Below are positions 51,285 to 61,080 of a stretch of 64,000 bases of DNA, piece after piece (position 1 is the stretch's first letter; every line of letters begins with the position of its first letter). The translations under genes were made by a program, and so were the position numbers. The notes under the pieces were generated by a model. That model ran no database searches. It had not been told where the DNA came from and worked only from the letters and a program-made list of their open reading frames with translations. The stretch comes from Elusimicrobiota bacterium. Lineage in GTDB: Bacteria > Elusimicrobiota > Elusimicrobia > F11. The DNA lies in assembly GCA_044221725.1 (NCBI GenBank), contig JBGAON010000002.1, positions 609,616 through 673,615 on the forward strand, written 5' to 3'.

Positions 51285-54200
51285 ATGTTCCATTCCCTAA
51301 CCACGCGGTTGAAAAAGATTTTTGCGGTGAGCGCGATGTCCATCAGCGCACTGAACTTACCGCTCTACGCCAGCGACGTCACCATTCAAGTGCGTGACGG
51401 TAGCAATGCCGCGGTCGCCAACGCCATCGTGTACGCGCTCGTCTACGGGAATCGAGGCCCCGATGGAACGTTCACCCAAGTGGGAACGACCGATGGATCT
51501 GGGAACAAAACATTTACGCTTGATGCGTCGAAGCAATACACGTTCGTCGCAAGCGCCGCCGGAAAGGGACCCATGGCACGCTCGCAGATGATGAGTTCAA
51601 GCGCTTTAAGACTGAGCGGCACCACCACGGTGGGAACCTCGAAATTAACTCTCTCGCAAGACATGTCCACCGGGCGCGGCACGGTCAACGTTTCTGTGCA
51701 AAACGCCACGAGCGGCTCGTTTATCATGGTGAATTTGCGGAAAAAGTCGTCCAACACCGAAGTCCAAATTGGGGGATGCAAAGAATCCGCCGGCAGCTGC
51801 ACGGTCGCTCTGCACAACATTCCGACGGGCGTGTCGGGCACGTACGAAGTTGGCGCATACGATCCCAATTTATTCAATGGAACGGGCGGCGGTGTGGGCG
51901 GAACCGTTTCAACCGATCTCAGCGAAAATGGTTCTGTCTCGGTCACGCTCGATATGGCAAACGCGATGCCACCAAACGTGTCGTCCAATGGCTCGCTGCG
52001 GCCTGACGCGAATAACGCCGTTATTCGACTCTCTCTTCGAAAAACAGGCGACTTAAACACCGTCATTCCAAAAACTTTTGTCGAAATCCTTGTTCTTGAA
52101 AACAGCAACTGGCAGCCGCGCGGTGGCACACAAACGGATGATTCGGGTGTCGCCGAATTCAAAATGGGAACCGGAAGTTACGCGTTTCGCACATCGTTCA
52201 ATTGCCCCACAGGAAGCGCCCCCTGCTACGATGGGCGCGCCTTGCCCGCCACCTCGAGCCCCGATGTGACGATTGCCGGCGGACAGCTGAACACGACGAT
52301 TGTTATCGATCCGCCGATCACCGTGCCGCTCGCAGCCGAAGGAACCGGTGTTCTTCGTGTAAAAGCCGTGAAATCGGGCACAGCGACGGCGATTCCTTAC
52401 GCCAACATAAACATGTACCCCGACTGGAGTCGATGGATGCCGGCAGCGTCGGGCTCCGTCAATTGCGGGTTGGCGAGTCCCGCGGTATCGGGTCCCGCGC
52501 ACGCGCAGAAAAACATGAACGCTTCGGATGGAAGCGCACTCTTTGAAAAACTAAACGACGGCAACTACGTGCTGCAAGTGTGGACACCGTTCGCTCAACA
52601 AGGCACGATATTTAATGCTGGTACCGACGGGGAGTGGAGCAACGGCGGTGGTATTCAAGGTTGCCCTGAAATCGACGGAAGCACGGACAATCTGCGACTG
52701 AACGTTAACGGAACGACAATCAAAGTCTACGACACGAGCGGCGTCGACAAAACGTCGGACTATGTCAGCACGGATTCAAACGGAAAGCCACAGATTCTTG
52801 TGAACGTTGCAACGTCGCTCGACAGTGCGGATGGAAAAGTGGTTGGTACGATCACGTTCCCTGAAGCGACCGACGCGCTCGTTAACATTTCTCTTAGTCA
52901 ATGCGACCAGGACGGTTGCATTGGAAACTTCACCTCTGTGGGTGGCACCGGCACACCGGCGACCACGCGCAATTACGAAATTCGCGTTCCAACAACGAAA
53001 GGATCCAACGCGGCCGAATATTTCATGGAAGTTCGCTGCGAAACCTACGGCCGCGTGTTTGCCGAAGGAAATGAAAGCCGTGTGAAATTCTTAACCGGCA
53101 CAACACAAACACGTGTGGACTTTTCTATGGCGCGTTCCGGAATTGTGGAAGGCTACATCATCAAACCCGACGGATCGCGCTTTATTCCGACCGACGGACC
53201 GAACGGTGGTTGGGCAGGGGTGAACTTCCACGGCGAGCATTCGTGGGCCAATGCTCAGGTGGGGCGTGATGGATTGTTCCATGCGATCGGCCTTTTGCCT
53301 GGCAAATATGAAATTGAACCGCAGATGAGCGGCGGTAGCTATGCGAGCAAAATTCCGTTGGAGACCGTCACCGTTACCGTCGGGACCACGGTGCGCAAAG
53401 ATGCAACGCTGGTCGATGGCCAATATCTAATGCCCGTGTGGAACACCTCAGGACTGCCCAGCCTTCTAGCGGACACATCGCGTGGTTGGGTGCGCGGCGA
53501 AACATACAACGTGATCATGACGAAAGCCGGAAAAACAATCGACTCGCCTTTCTTGACGCGTATGCTCACGCACGGCGATGAGCGGTCGCAGTTCAATATG
53601 AACTTTAATAACCAATGCGGAAACTTCACGGGTTGGTGCCCGCAAGCATTGCCGGTGGGTCTTAGCAGCGATCTTTACGCAATTCGCCAAGGATCCATGG
53701 AACGGGTGGGCAACGAAGACATTTATTCGTACGTGGTATTTTTAAGCAAACTGGAGAACGTCGCAATCGACCCAAGCAAAGCACCGAACCCGCCAAACAC
53801 CGTTACCACGAACAATGGCACCATCAACCCTATTCGAGTTTCGTTCTCTCCATCGTATGGGGGAAGTCTTGTGGAATTCAGCGGTTTGGTTCGAGCCGAA
53901 AACCTCTTCCGGAAAGTGGACTTCGAGAAAATGGACGGAAACTTTGAAAACTTCACGAAGTACATTCCGACGCTTTCGGTCATTGATACGAATGGAAAAC
54001 TTGTAGCGGCCGGCCTCATTACGCCATCGCCCGCGGACGTCGGTGACGGCGCCGCAAAGGGAAAACAAATTGATGCAGCGATTGCCAACAACGACTTCGA
54101 TTCGTTCATCGTGCTTACAAAGGGGATGGAATGGCGCTACCGTGTTCGCGGGATCCCAGCCGCAGCAAAATACATTCTTACGCTCACCTCGCCGAACTAT

Positions 54201-56078
54201 CCCGGTCTCACGAAAGTGGTGGATGGAACGCAAAACCAAGTTTGGAACGTCAACTGGGATGTTGACGGAAAAGCGGGCGGCACCATTGCCGGAGTGATTT
54301 CCGATAGCAATGGCGTGCTCGCTAACGCTAACGTCGAAATTCGTACGCGCGGTGTCACGAAGAGCGTTACGACCGACGCGGTGGGTGCTTACAAGTTCGA
54401 AGGGCTTCCGATCGGCACGTACAAAGTGACGGCCTCTGCCGCGTCGCATGGGCCACGGGCCGAGAAAGATGTGATCTCCGACCAGGAAACCGACACCGTG
54501 AGCATCGCGTTACCGGCCAGCAACGGAACCATTTCTGGAACCGTCTCAAAATACATGGCGTCGTCTGGCGCGCTGTTGAAAGTGGGCGCGGCAAACGTGG
54601 ACGTGTTCGCGTACAACGATACCTATCACGTGGCAAACCCGAGGAAACCGTTGGCGCTTTTAACGACGCAGACGTCGACCGATGGGACCTACACGCTCGA
54701 AGGAGCGGAATCCGGCGCCGTTTACAAAGTAACGTTCAAACTGGATGGCTTTTATCCCGAAACGGTCGAAGCCACCGCGGTCGCAGGAAATTCCGCGAAT
54801 AACGATGCGGTGCTGCGTCAACGCGGGCTTGAAGTGAAAGTGAAAATTCGCCACGACAACGACAACAAACGTTTCTTGGTGGCCATCCTGAACCCGCAAG
54901 CGTTTGAAGATGGAAAGGTTTATTTGAACAAAGGCCGGGCCACGTACGACGCCGCCAGTGCTACGGACATTTCATCGATATTCGAAAAGAACCCGGGTGA
55001 TGGAAGCTTGGCAGGCTATTTGGCCGACACGGACGTGTCCGAAGTAAACAATCTGCACATTGACGCGTTTCCGTCCGATGGCGGCGTGACCGTGAAAAAA
55101 GACCTCACGTTCGGGACAAATATCTCGGGCCGCACGGAACAACCGATCGACAACTTGTTTGTGGCGGCCGATGGGGATAACGATGTGCAAGGTCCGGACG
55201 ATCGCACGACGGTGACAATTCCGCAAGGCACGCTGCAGAACGGAAATGGCACCGACACTCCGACATTGGGCATTGCGTTAAACGACATCTCGAGTGTGGG
55301 CGGCTCAACCGACGACGGCGGGAAACTGATCGGCGATGCGGCGCAAGTTAACCTTAATAACGTGCAAGCGGACCCCGACGGGGAACTGCAAATGAGCTTG
55401 CCGATTGATCCGAACCTCGTTGAAGGTGGCGTAAACGGAGACAACGTGGTCGTCTACAAACAGGATTCCGACGGAAATTGGACCGCCCTTGATGGAACGG
55501 CCGCGTACGATCCGGTCACGCAAACGGTCCAAGTCGGGTTCAATCCTGCCGAGGTTTTAACACAGGCTCCGTTGACGGGCTCCGCCGTTCGAAATCTGTC
55601 GATCGCGAACACCAAGCCGGCTTCCATTGCGGCGATCAAAACCGGCCGGCAGATCAAAAAGAACCCACGCGCCGCCGCCGCGGTGGCAGGCACGTTTGCG
55701 GTCGGTGTGGGAGCCTCGGGTGGCGCAACCGCCATCGGTTACCACCAGTACAACTTTCCGAACCCGTTTAACCTGAAAGACAAAACCGTTGCGGTGCGGT
55801 TTGGAACGACCGGTGTTCCGAGCAGTATCCGCGGAACGTACATTGTCGTGGCTCCGACGGGAGCGGGCTCACCTGAGGTAAAAATTCGAATCTATAACAC
55901 CGCCGGCGACTTGGTGCGCGAACTGAAAGGCACCTGCGCTGCTGGTCAATACAACTACTTCCATTGGGACGGCAGAAACACCTCTGGCGACGATGTCGCG
56001 AGCGGTGTGTATTTCGCCGCGGTCGATGCGCCTGGGGCGCCCAAGAGGGAACCGATCAAGCTGGTCGTGGTGAAGTGA
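51285..56078 (+). CDS. Large exported surface protein with carboxypeptidase-regulatory-like (prealbumin-fold) repeats and a C-terminal FlgD-Ig/T9SS-like sorting domain
   Basis: Signal peptide; repeats such as GTIAGVISD..LANANVEI..TTDAVGAYKFEGLPIGTYKVTASA. C-terminus YNFPNPF..KIRIYNTAGDLVREL..WDGRNTSGDDVASGVYF..KLVVVK. Confidence 0.82.
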   Translation: MFHSLTTRLKKIFAVSAMSISALNLPLYASDVTIQVRDGSNAAVANAIVYALVYGNRGPDGTFTQVGTTDGSGNKTFTLDASKQYTFVASAAGKGPMARSQMMSSSALRLSGTTTVGTSKLTLSQDMSTGRGTVNVSVQNATSGSFIMVNLRKKSSNTEVQIGGCKESAGSCTVALHNIPTGVSGTYEVGAYDPNLFNGTGGGVGGTVSTDLSENGSVSVTLDMANAMPPNVSSNGSLRPDANNAVIRLSLRKTGDLNTVIPKTFVEILVLENSNWQPRGGTQTDDSGVAEFKMGTGSYAFRTSFNCPTGSAPCYDGRALPATSSPDVTIAGGQLNTTIVIDPPITVPLAAEGTGVLRVKAVKSGTATAIPYANINMYPDWSRWMPAASGSVNCGLASPAVSGPAHAQKNMNASDGSALFEKLNDGNYVLQVWTPFAQQGTIFNAGTDGEWSNGGGIQGCPEIDGSTDNLRLNVNGTTIKVYDTSGVDKTSDYVSTDSNGKPQILVNVATSLDSADGKVVGTITFPEATDALVNISLSQCDQDGCIGNFTSVGGTGTPATTRNYEIRVPTTKGSNAAEYFMEVRCETYGRVFAEGNESRVKFLTGTTQTRVDFSMARSGIVEGYIIKPDGSRFIPTDGPNGGWAGVNFHGEHSWANAQVGRDGLFHAIGLLPGKYEIEPQMSGGSYASKIPLETVTVTVGTTVRKDATLVDGQYLMPVWNTSGLPSLLADTSRGWVRGETYNVIMTKAGKTIDSPFLTRMLTHGDERSQFNMNFNNQCGNFTGWCPQALPVGLSSDLYAIRQGSMERVGNEDIYSYVVFLSKLENVAIDPSKAPNPPNTVTTNNGTINPIRVSFSPSYGGSLVEFSGLVRAENLFRKVDFEKMDGNFENFTKYIPTLSVIDTNGKLVAAGLITPSPADVGDGAAKGKQIDAAIANNDFDSFIVLTKGMEWRYRVRGIPAAAKYILTLTSPNYPGLTKVVDGTQNQVWNVNWDVDGKAGGTIAGVISDSNGVLANANVEIRTRGVTKSVTTDAVGAYKFEGLPIGTYKVTASAASHGPRAEKDVISDQETDTVSIALPASNGTISGTVSKYMASSGALLKVGAANVDVFAYNDTYHVANPRKPLALLTTQTSTDGTYTLEGAESGAVYKVTFKLDGFYPETVEATAVAGNSANNDAVLRQRGLEVKVKIRHDNDNKRFLVAILNPQAFEDGKVYLNKGRATYDAASATDISSIFEKNPGDGSLAGYLADTDVSEVNNLHIDAFPSDGGVTVKKDLTFGTNISGRTEQPIDNLFVAADGDNDVQGPDDRTTVTIPQGTLQNGNGTDTPTLGIALNDISSVGGSTDDGGKLIGDAAQVNLNNVQADPDGELQMSLPIDPNLVEGGVNGDNVVVYKQDSDGNWTALDGTAAYDPVTQTVQVGFNPAEVLTQAPLTGSAVRNLSIANTKPASIAAIKTGRQIKKNPRAAAAVAGTFAVGVGASGGATAIGYHQYNFPNPFNLKDKTVAVRFGTTGVPSSIRGTYIVVAPTGAGSPEVKIRIYNTAGDLVRELKGTCAAGQYNYFHWDGRNTSGDDVASGVYFAAVDAPGAPKREPIKLVVVK

Positions 56079-56157
56079 GGTGCGTGCCATGAAGAAACTT
56101 AACGCGATGATGACCGAGAAAGAAATGGAAACCACGGCGATGAAAATGGAGGCGGTT

Positions 56158-57195
56158 ATGAAAGGTTTAGCTCGGGCGACGATGGTGGTGTCGATGATCA
56201 TGTTTGGTTCAAACGGTTTAACCCACGCGACGGGGAAAGGGACAAGCGGCGCACAATTCCTGCGCATCGGCGTCGGCGCGCGCAGCCCGGGTATGGCCGG
56301 GGCTCTTTCGCCCATCGTCGATGACGTGACCGCAATCCACGATAATCCGGCCGGACTCGCGCGCATGGACAAACGCGAAGTGCAACTTTCCTACAACGCG
56401 TACTTCAAAGACACCTCATCCCAATTCTTGGGTTACGCGCATCCGACGGAGAACCACGGCGCGTTCGGACTTGGTATCTCTATGTTCGGCGTGAAAGATA
56501 TTGATAAACGTTCGGCCACCGGCGGCGACGCCGACACGCCGGACCTGGGCAAATTCGACACGCGCGACATGGCCGCGTCGCTCGCCTGGGCCAACAAATT
56601 GGCGCTGGGAAATGGTCGACTGCATTACGGCGCCGCACTGAAATATATTAGTTCGGACTTGAACACCGACAAAGCGGCCACCGGTGCCATCGACATGGGC
56701 GCTATGTGGGATTTGCGCGAAGATGGCGGATTGACGTTCGCGTTGTCCGTTCTCAATCTCGGCGGTCAGCTGAAATTTGCCGAAGAGGGAGACCCGCTTC
56801 CATTGGACATCAAACCCGGCGTCGCGTATCGCATGAAATTTGAACGCGCGGGCCAACTGGCGTTGGCCGTGGATTCGGATATTCTCGTTCACGACGGCGT
56901 GTCGTATGTGCAGCCCGGAATCGAATGGGCGCCGATGCCAATGTTCGCGCTTCGCACCGGTTATCAGTTCGGTCGCGATAATGGGGCCGGTAGCGGTTTC
57001 GCTGCGGGCGCCGGCTTCCGCCTCATGAACATCGGTATCGATTATGCGTTCGTTCCGTTCGGAGATTTGGGCGACACTCACCGGGTGTCCTTGGGCTACC
57101 GTTTTGGCGGCGAGTTTGCTGGATCCATGCGCGGCGAAGCCGAAGCGCCGTCGCACACGAATGCGAACGGCCGGCAAGTGTTGGGGATAGAGTAA
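56158..57195 (+). CDS. PorV/PorQ-like (UPF0164) outer-membrane beta-barrel
   Basis: AQFLRIGVGARSPGMAGA, HDNPAGLA, LRTGY and IDYAFVPFGDLGDTHRVSLGYRF motifs. Start 56158 has GGAGG and gives a normal signal peptide; 56089 is an alternative. Confidence 0.85.
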   Translation: MKGLARATMVVSMIMFGSNGLTHATGKGTSGAQFLRIGVGARSPGMAGALSPIVDDVTAIHDNPAGLARMDKREVQLSYNAYFKDTSSQFLGYAHPTENHGAFGLGISMFGVKDIDKRSATGGDADTPDLGKFDTRDMAASLAWANKLALGNGRLHYGAALKYISSDLNTDKAATGAIDMGAMWDLREDGGLTFALSVLNLGGQLKFAEEGDPLPLDIKPGVAYRMKFERAGQLALAVDSDILVHDGVSYVQPGIEWAPMPMFALRTGYQFGRDNGAGSGFAAGAGFRLMNIGIDYAFVPFGDLGDTHRVSLGYRFGGEFAGSMRGEAEAPSHTNANGRQVLGIE

Positions 57196-57227
57196 CCGAC
57201 CAATTAATTGAGCTGATATTTAGACGC

Positions 57228-57266
57228 AAAAATCCCTCTCACCTTTTTGGTGAGAGGGATTTTTTT
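57228..57266 (+). terminator. Rho-independent terminator (potentially bidirectional)
   Basis: aaaaatccctctcacc-ttttt-ggtgagagggattttttt. Confidence 0.88.
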
Positions 57267-57272
57267 ATTATG

Positions 57273-57301
57273 TTGACTTTTTCCGTCGGAAAATCCACAA
57301 T
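57273..57301 (+). promoter_or_regulatory. Sigma70-type promoter with a palindromic spacer
   Basis: TTGACT-N17-CACAAT; the spacer contains TTTTCCG-T-CGGAAAA (57279-57293). Confidence 0.5.
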
Positions 57302-57361
57302 TCCACGCCTTTTTGGCAATACCCTCGAGCAAATTCACACAACCTAACCTGTGGAGTGTTT

Positions 57362-58045
57362 GTGTCCAAACGCATATTTATTGTCGACGATGAGGCGGAT
57401 CTAATCCGCATTGCCACCGACGTCCTGGAAATGGACGGCTTTTCCGTTTCCTCCGCCACGCACCCGGCGGACGCCCTCCGAAAAATAAACGCGAACCCGC
57501 CCGACATAATTATTCTCGACTTGCGCCTACCCGATATGGACGGTTACGAGGTCGCCAAATTGCTCAAAGCGGATGTGCGAACCAAGCATGTGCCCATCAT
57601 TATGGTAAGCGCAAAATGCGAAGAGACCGACGTCGTGGTGGGATTGGAAGTGGGCGCGGACGACTACATCACGAAACCTTTCCGTCAAAAAGAACTTCTC
57701 GCGCGCGTGAAAACGGTGCTGCGGCGCTTTCACACGGAGCCCGGCCCGCGCAATTTGGTGACGGGACCGCTGTCGCTTAACTGTGGTAATTACACCGCGG
57801 CGCTGCACACGAAACCGGTGCCGCTCACGCTGCGCGAATTTCAGCTGCTCAGTTACTTCGTCGAAATGGAAGGCCGCGTGCTCACGCGCAACAAAATTTA
57901 CGAAACCGTCTGGGGCGTCGACTTTTCCGGTTCGTCGCGCACCATCGACGTGCACGTCGACCAGCTCCGCAAAAAACTCGGCAAATACGCCGACTCCATC
58001 ACCACGCTCAAAGGCATCGGCTACAAATTCGAACTCGTTGAATAA
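57362..58045 (+). CDS. OmpR/PhoB-family response regulator
   Basis: IVDDE, ILDLRLPDMDG, GADDYITKPF, LTLREFQLL and SRTIDVHVDQLRKKL motifs; GTG start after GGAG (57356 is an alternative). Confidence 0.93.
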   Translation: MSKRIFIVDDEADLIRIATDVLEMDGFSVSSATHPADALRKINANPPDIIILDLRLPDMDGYEVAKLLKADVRTKHVPIIMVSAKCEETDVVVGLEVGADDYITKPFRQKELLARVKTVLRRFHTEPGPRNLVTGPLSLNCGNYTAALHTKPVPLTLREFQLLSYFVEMEGRVLTRNKIYETVWGVDFSGSSRTIDVHVDQLRKKLGKYADSITTLKGIGYKFELVE

Positions 58046-58179
58046 ATTTTTCGTTAGCCACACGTCATAGTCATATCGTCACACCGCGCCAGAACAGTCG
58101 GCGCATTACCAACCAACCGCACCCTCCTGCGGGGGACGTAAATTATTTTCTCTTCGAAAAAAGAGAGAGGGAGTTTTTT

Positions 58180-59460
58180 GTGAAAAAAATTGTCGCAATC
58201 GTTACTGTCGTTTGTTGGGTTCCGTCTGCTGTCATGGGAATGGGAACGTCCGGATTATCGAACGAAGCTGCCGTGGGGGCAAAGCCGCTTGGGATGTTTA
58301 ATTGCGTGACCGCGCAGGCGGATGATCCGACCGCGATTTATTTTAATCCGTCGGGTCTTGTGCATGTGGGCGGGTGGAACATGTCGGTCAACGACAACAT
58401 TCTCGACATTCATATGGAAAGGGAAGCGTTCAGCGGCGGAAAAACCAAGGGCGAATCGGAGCCGATTCATGTGCCGAGTTTGTTTTTGAGTTTTGGAGCC
58501 CCTTCTGAGAAAATTGCTTTCGGACTTGGCGTTCATTCGACGTTCGGTCTCGAGACGCGCTGGGGCGCGGAAAGTTTTTCGAAATACACGGCGACAACGT
58601 CAAAATTTCACCTTGTTACGATTAATCCCACAATGGCCGCCGCTCTCAACGAAAAGTGGTCGTTCGGTTTCGGCGTCGATTATTTTCGCGCGTTTGATGT
58701 TGATCTGCAGAAGCGGCTCAGCGTAAGCGCCATCAATGGCGCACCGGCCCCGGACGGCGACGTGCGTTTCACCGCAGACGGTGACGGGTGGGGCGTTAAT
58801 GTTGGAACGCTCTATCGAATAAACCCCAAGCACAGCGTCGGCGCGTCGTACCGATCGCCGGTTCGCCTCGAAATAAACGGCAGCCAAAATCTTTCAGGGA
58901 TGTCCGGAACAGCCAGTTTAGTTTTTGGCGGGCAGAACTATTCGTCCGCCGCGTCCGCGAAAATTGATTTGCCGGCGGAATTTATTTTTGGTTATGCGTA
59001 TCGCCCAATCGAGAAATGGGTGATTGAATCCGACGTGCAATGGACCGGCTGGAGCTCGGTACACGACTTTGGCGTGCAGTTCTCGGAAACAAACCCCACA
59101 CGAAAATCGATCTTAAGCGCTGGCGTGGATCCGCAAACGCGCGAGTGGCAAGACACGGTTTCGTTTGGAGTTGGAACCGCGTACGATTTATCGCGCCGCT
59201 GGACCGCGCGCCTCGGCGGCGGCTATTTGCCGCGCGCGGTTCCCGAAAAAACGTTTGACTCCAGCCTGCCCGACGCAAACCGCTACGAAGCGACCACCGG
59301 CCTCACCTACAAACTTTACAAGACACAATTTCATTTCGCATACAACGCCGCATGGTTTGAGACGCGCTCCGTATCAAACAACGTTACGCGTGGCGCCATC
59401 AACGGGACTTACCGAACGTTTGTGAATTCGTGGTCGCTCGGAATCGAACAGAAATTCTAG
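58180..59460 (+). CDS. OmpP1/FadL-family outer-membrane channel
   Basis: Signal peptide; AQADDPTAIYFNPSGL, FGLETRW, INPTMA, WTGWSS and LPDANR motifs; C-terminal Phe. Confidence 0.88.
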   Translation: MKKIVAIVTVVCWVPSAVMGMGTSGLSNEAAVGAKPLGMFNCVTAQADDPTAIYFNPSGLVHVGGWNMSVNDNILDIHMEREAFSGGKTKGESEPIHVPSLFLSFGAPSEKIAFGLGVHSTFGLETRWGAESFSKYTATTSKFHLVTINPTMAAALNEKWSFGFGVDYFRAFDVDLQKRLSVSAINGAPAPDGDVRFTADGDGWGVNVGTLYRINPKHSVGASYRSPVRLEINGSQNLSGMSGTASLVFGGQNYSSAASAKIDLPAEFIFGYAYRPIEKWVIESDVQWTGWSSVHDFGVQFSETNPTRKSILSAGVDPQTREWQDTVSFGVGTAYDLSRRWTARLGGGYLPRAVPEKTFDSSLPDANRYEATTGLTYKLYKTQFHFAYNAAWFETRSVSNNVTRGAINGTYRTFVNSWSLGIEQKF

Positions 59461-59463
59461 ACA

Positions 59464-61080
59464 ATGATCCATAACTCCCTCGTTTTTCTTCGCTCGTACT
59501 TCGATTACAACTTGATCGGCGTTTTGAATTTCACGGCATTCGCATTGAGCATTTCGGTAGGGCTACTTGTACTTTCAAGAAATCCGACGTCGCGAATTAA
59601 TCGCTCTTTTTTTCTTATTACGCTGACCGGTGGGATTTGGCTGTTCTGCTTTTCGTTGCTTCATTCGGTGCACGATACGAATGATGGTTATCTATGGCTG
59701 AGGCTCTCGTATCTATTAGCAGTCCCATTTATATCACCGTTTGTCTACCTATTCACTTCGTACTGGACGGATACACCACCCTCTAAAAAAACAACCTGGC
59801 TTATATTCCTTACTGCCTCCGCATTCGCACTCACAATGTTTTTCTTTGCGCCATCGATCTGCGACTACCAATATCTTCGTTTCGGGCGATTTACTCACTA
59901 CAAAAGCGATACCTTTGGCCGTCTGTATTTCGTTTTTATCTTGGCATTCTTTTACTATGTAGCGCATCTATCGTTCTTGAAAAGTTTCCGAGCGTGGAAG
60001 AACGCTCAAACGCCCAGTCAGAAACTTCAATATCGGCAGTTCCTCATCGGTTTCGTTGTTGGCTATACGGGCTCGATTGATTTCCTGGTCTCCGCCGGGC
60101 TTCCATTCTTTCACTTCGGATTCATTTCTTTCTCCGCGTTCGTCCTTATTATTGCGTACAGCATTTTTCGCCATCAGTTTTTGGATGTGAATCTGATTGT
60201 AAAGCGACTCTCAATGATCGTTTGCATTTACGCGTTCTTGTTCGCCATTCTTTTGCCGATTGCAGCGCCAATCTTTCACCATTATTTTTCTCAAACGAGC
60301 ACGAACGCGAGCGTATCACTCTTGTTGCTTTCGAGCGTCGCGTTTGGCACGGTGCTATCAACGGGTCCTTTCATTTATGCGTATCTCGTGCGCCACACGT
60401 TTTGGCTCAAAGACAAAGTGACGACCGGGCTTGCGCACGAACTGAAGTCGCCCCTTGGCGCCATTCAAGGTGCTGTCGATGTGCTATTGGCCACACTTGA
60501 ATCGCCCAACACTGACCGAGAAAAAATTCTCAGCTACGCGCACATGATTCGCAACAACGGCAACCGTCTCGAAAGTTTCGTGAAAGACCTGCTGCACGTG
60601 GCGAAAATCCAAGATGGCAATGTAACGTTGATGAAGACCGCAATCAGCCCGATGGATGTGATTGCGCGCGTGGCCGACGCGAACCGACCGCTTCTTGAAA
60701 CAAAAGGCCTGACGTTAAACGTGCGGGGAGAAAAAGATTCGCAACTCTTCGCCGATGCCGAGAAATTCGAACAGATCGTCTCGAACCTCATGTCAAACGC
60801 CATCAAGTTCACTGACAAGGGCGAAATTTTCGTGAATATTGAACGCACGAACGGTCATGTCCGTTGCTCGGTCGTCGACCAAGGCGCGGGAATCCCGACC
60901 GCCGACTTGGAAAAAATATTTGAACGTTTCTACCAAGGCCGCAAAACAACCAAAGGTTCCGGCATCGGCCTCACGATCGCAAAGGCGTGGGTCGAAGCCC
61001 ACGGCGGAAAAATTTGGGCGGACAGCGCGGGAGAAGGGAGGGGAACAACCGTAACGTTCACGCTTCCCGCTCACGCATGA
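59464..61080 (+). CDS. Sensor histidine kinase 1 (N-terminal 7TM domain, HisKA, HATPase)
   Basis: Multi-TM N-terminus with GYTGSIDF and AYSIFRHQFLDV; AHELKSPL, NLMSNAIKFT, DQGAGI and GSGIGL motifs. Confidence 0.92.
   Translation: MIHNSLVFLRSYFDYNLIGVLNFTAFALSISVGLLVLSRNPTSRINRSFFLITLTGGIWLFCFSLLHSVHDTNDGYLWLRLSYLLAVPFISPFVYLFTSYWTDTPPSKKTTWLIFLTASAFALTMFFFAPSICDYQYLRFGRFTHYKSDTFGRLYFVFILAFFYYVAHLSFLKSFRAWKNAQTPSQKLQYRQFLIGFVVGYTGSIDFLVSAGLPFFHFGFISFSAFVLIIAYSIFRHQFLDVNLIVKRLSMIVCIYAFLFAILLPIAAPIFHHYFSQTSTNASVSLLLLSSVAFGTVLSTGPFIYAYLVRHTFWLKDKVTTGLAHELKSPLGAIQGAVDVLLATLESPNTDREKILSYAHMIRNNGNRLESFVKDLLHVAKIQDGNVTLMKTAISPMDVIARVADANRPLLETKGLTLNVRGEKDSQLFADAEKFEQIVSNLMSNAIKFTDKGEIFVNIERTNGHVRCSVVDQGAGIPTADLEKIFERFYQGRKTTKGSGIGLTIAKAWVEAHGGKIWADSAGEGRGTTVTFTLPAHA

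Noticed and set aside
58057..58083. E. coli-type Pho box (GTCAT/GTCAC repeats) before the fadL-like gene
   Set aside because: Repeat spacing is 6-8 bp rather than the 11 bp required.
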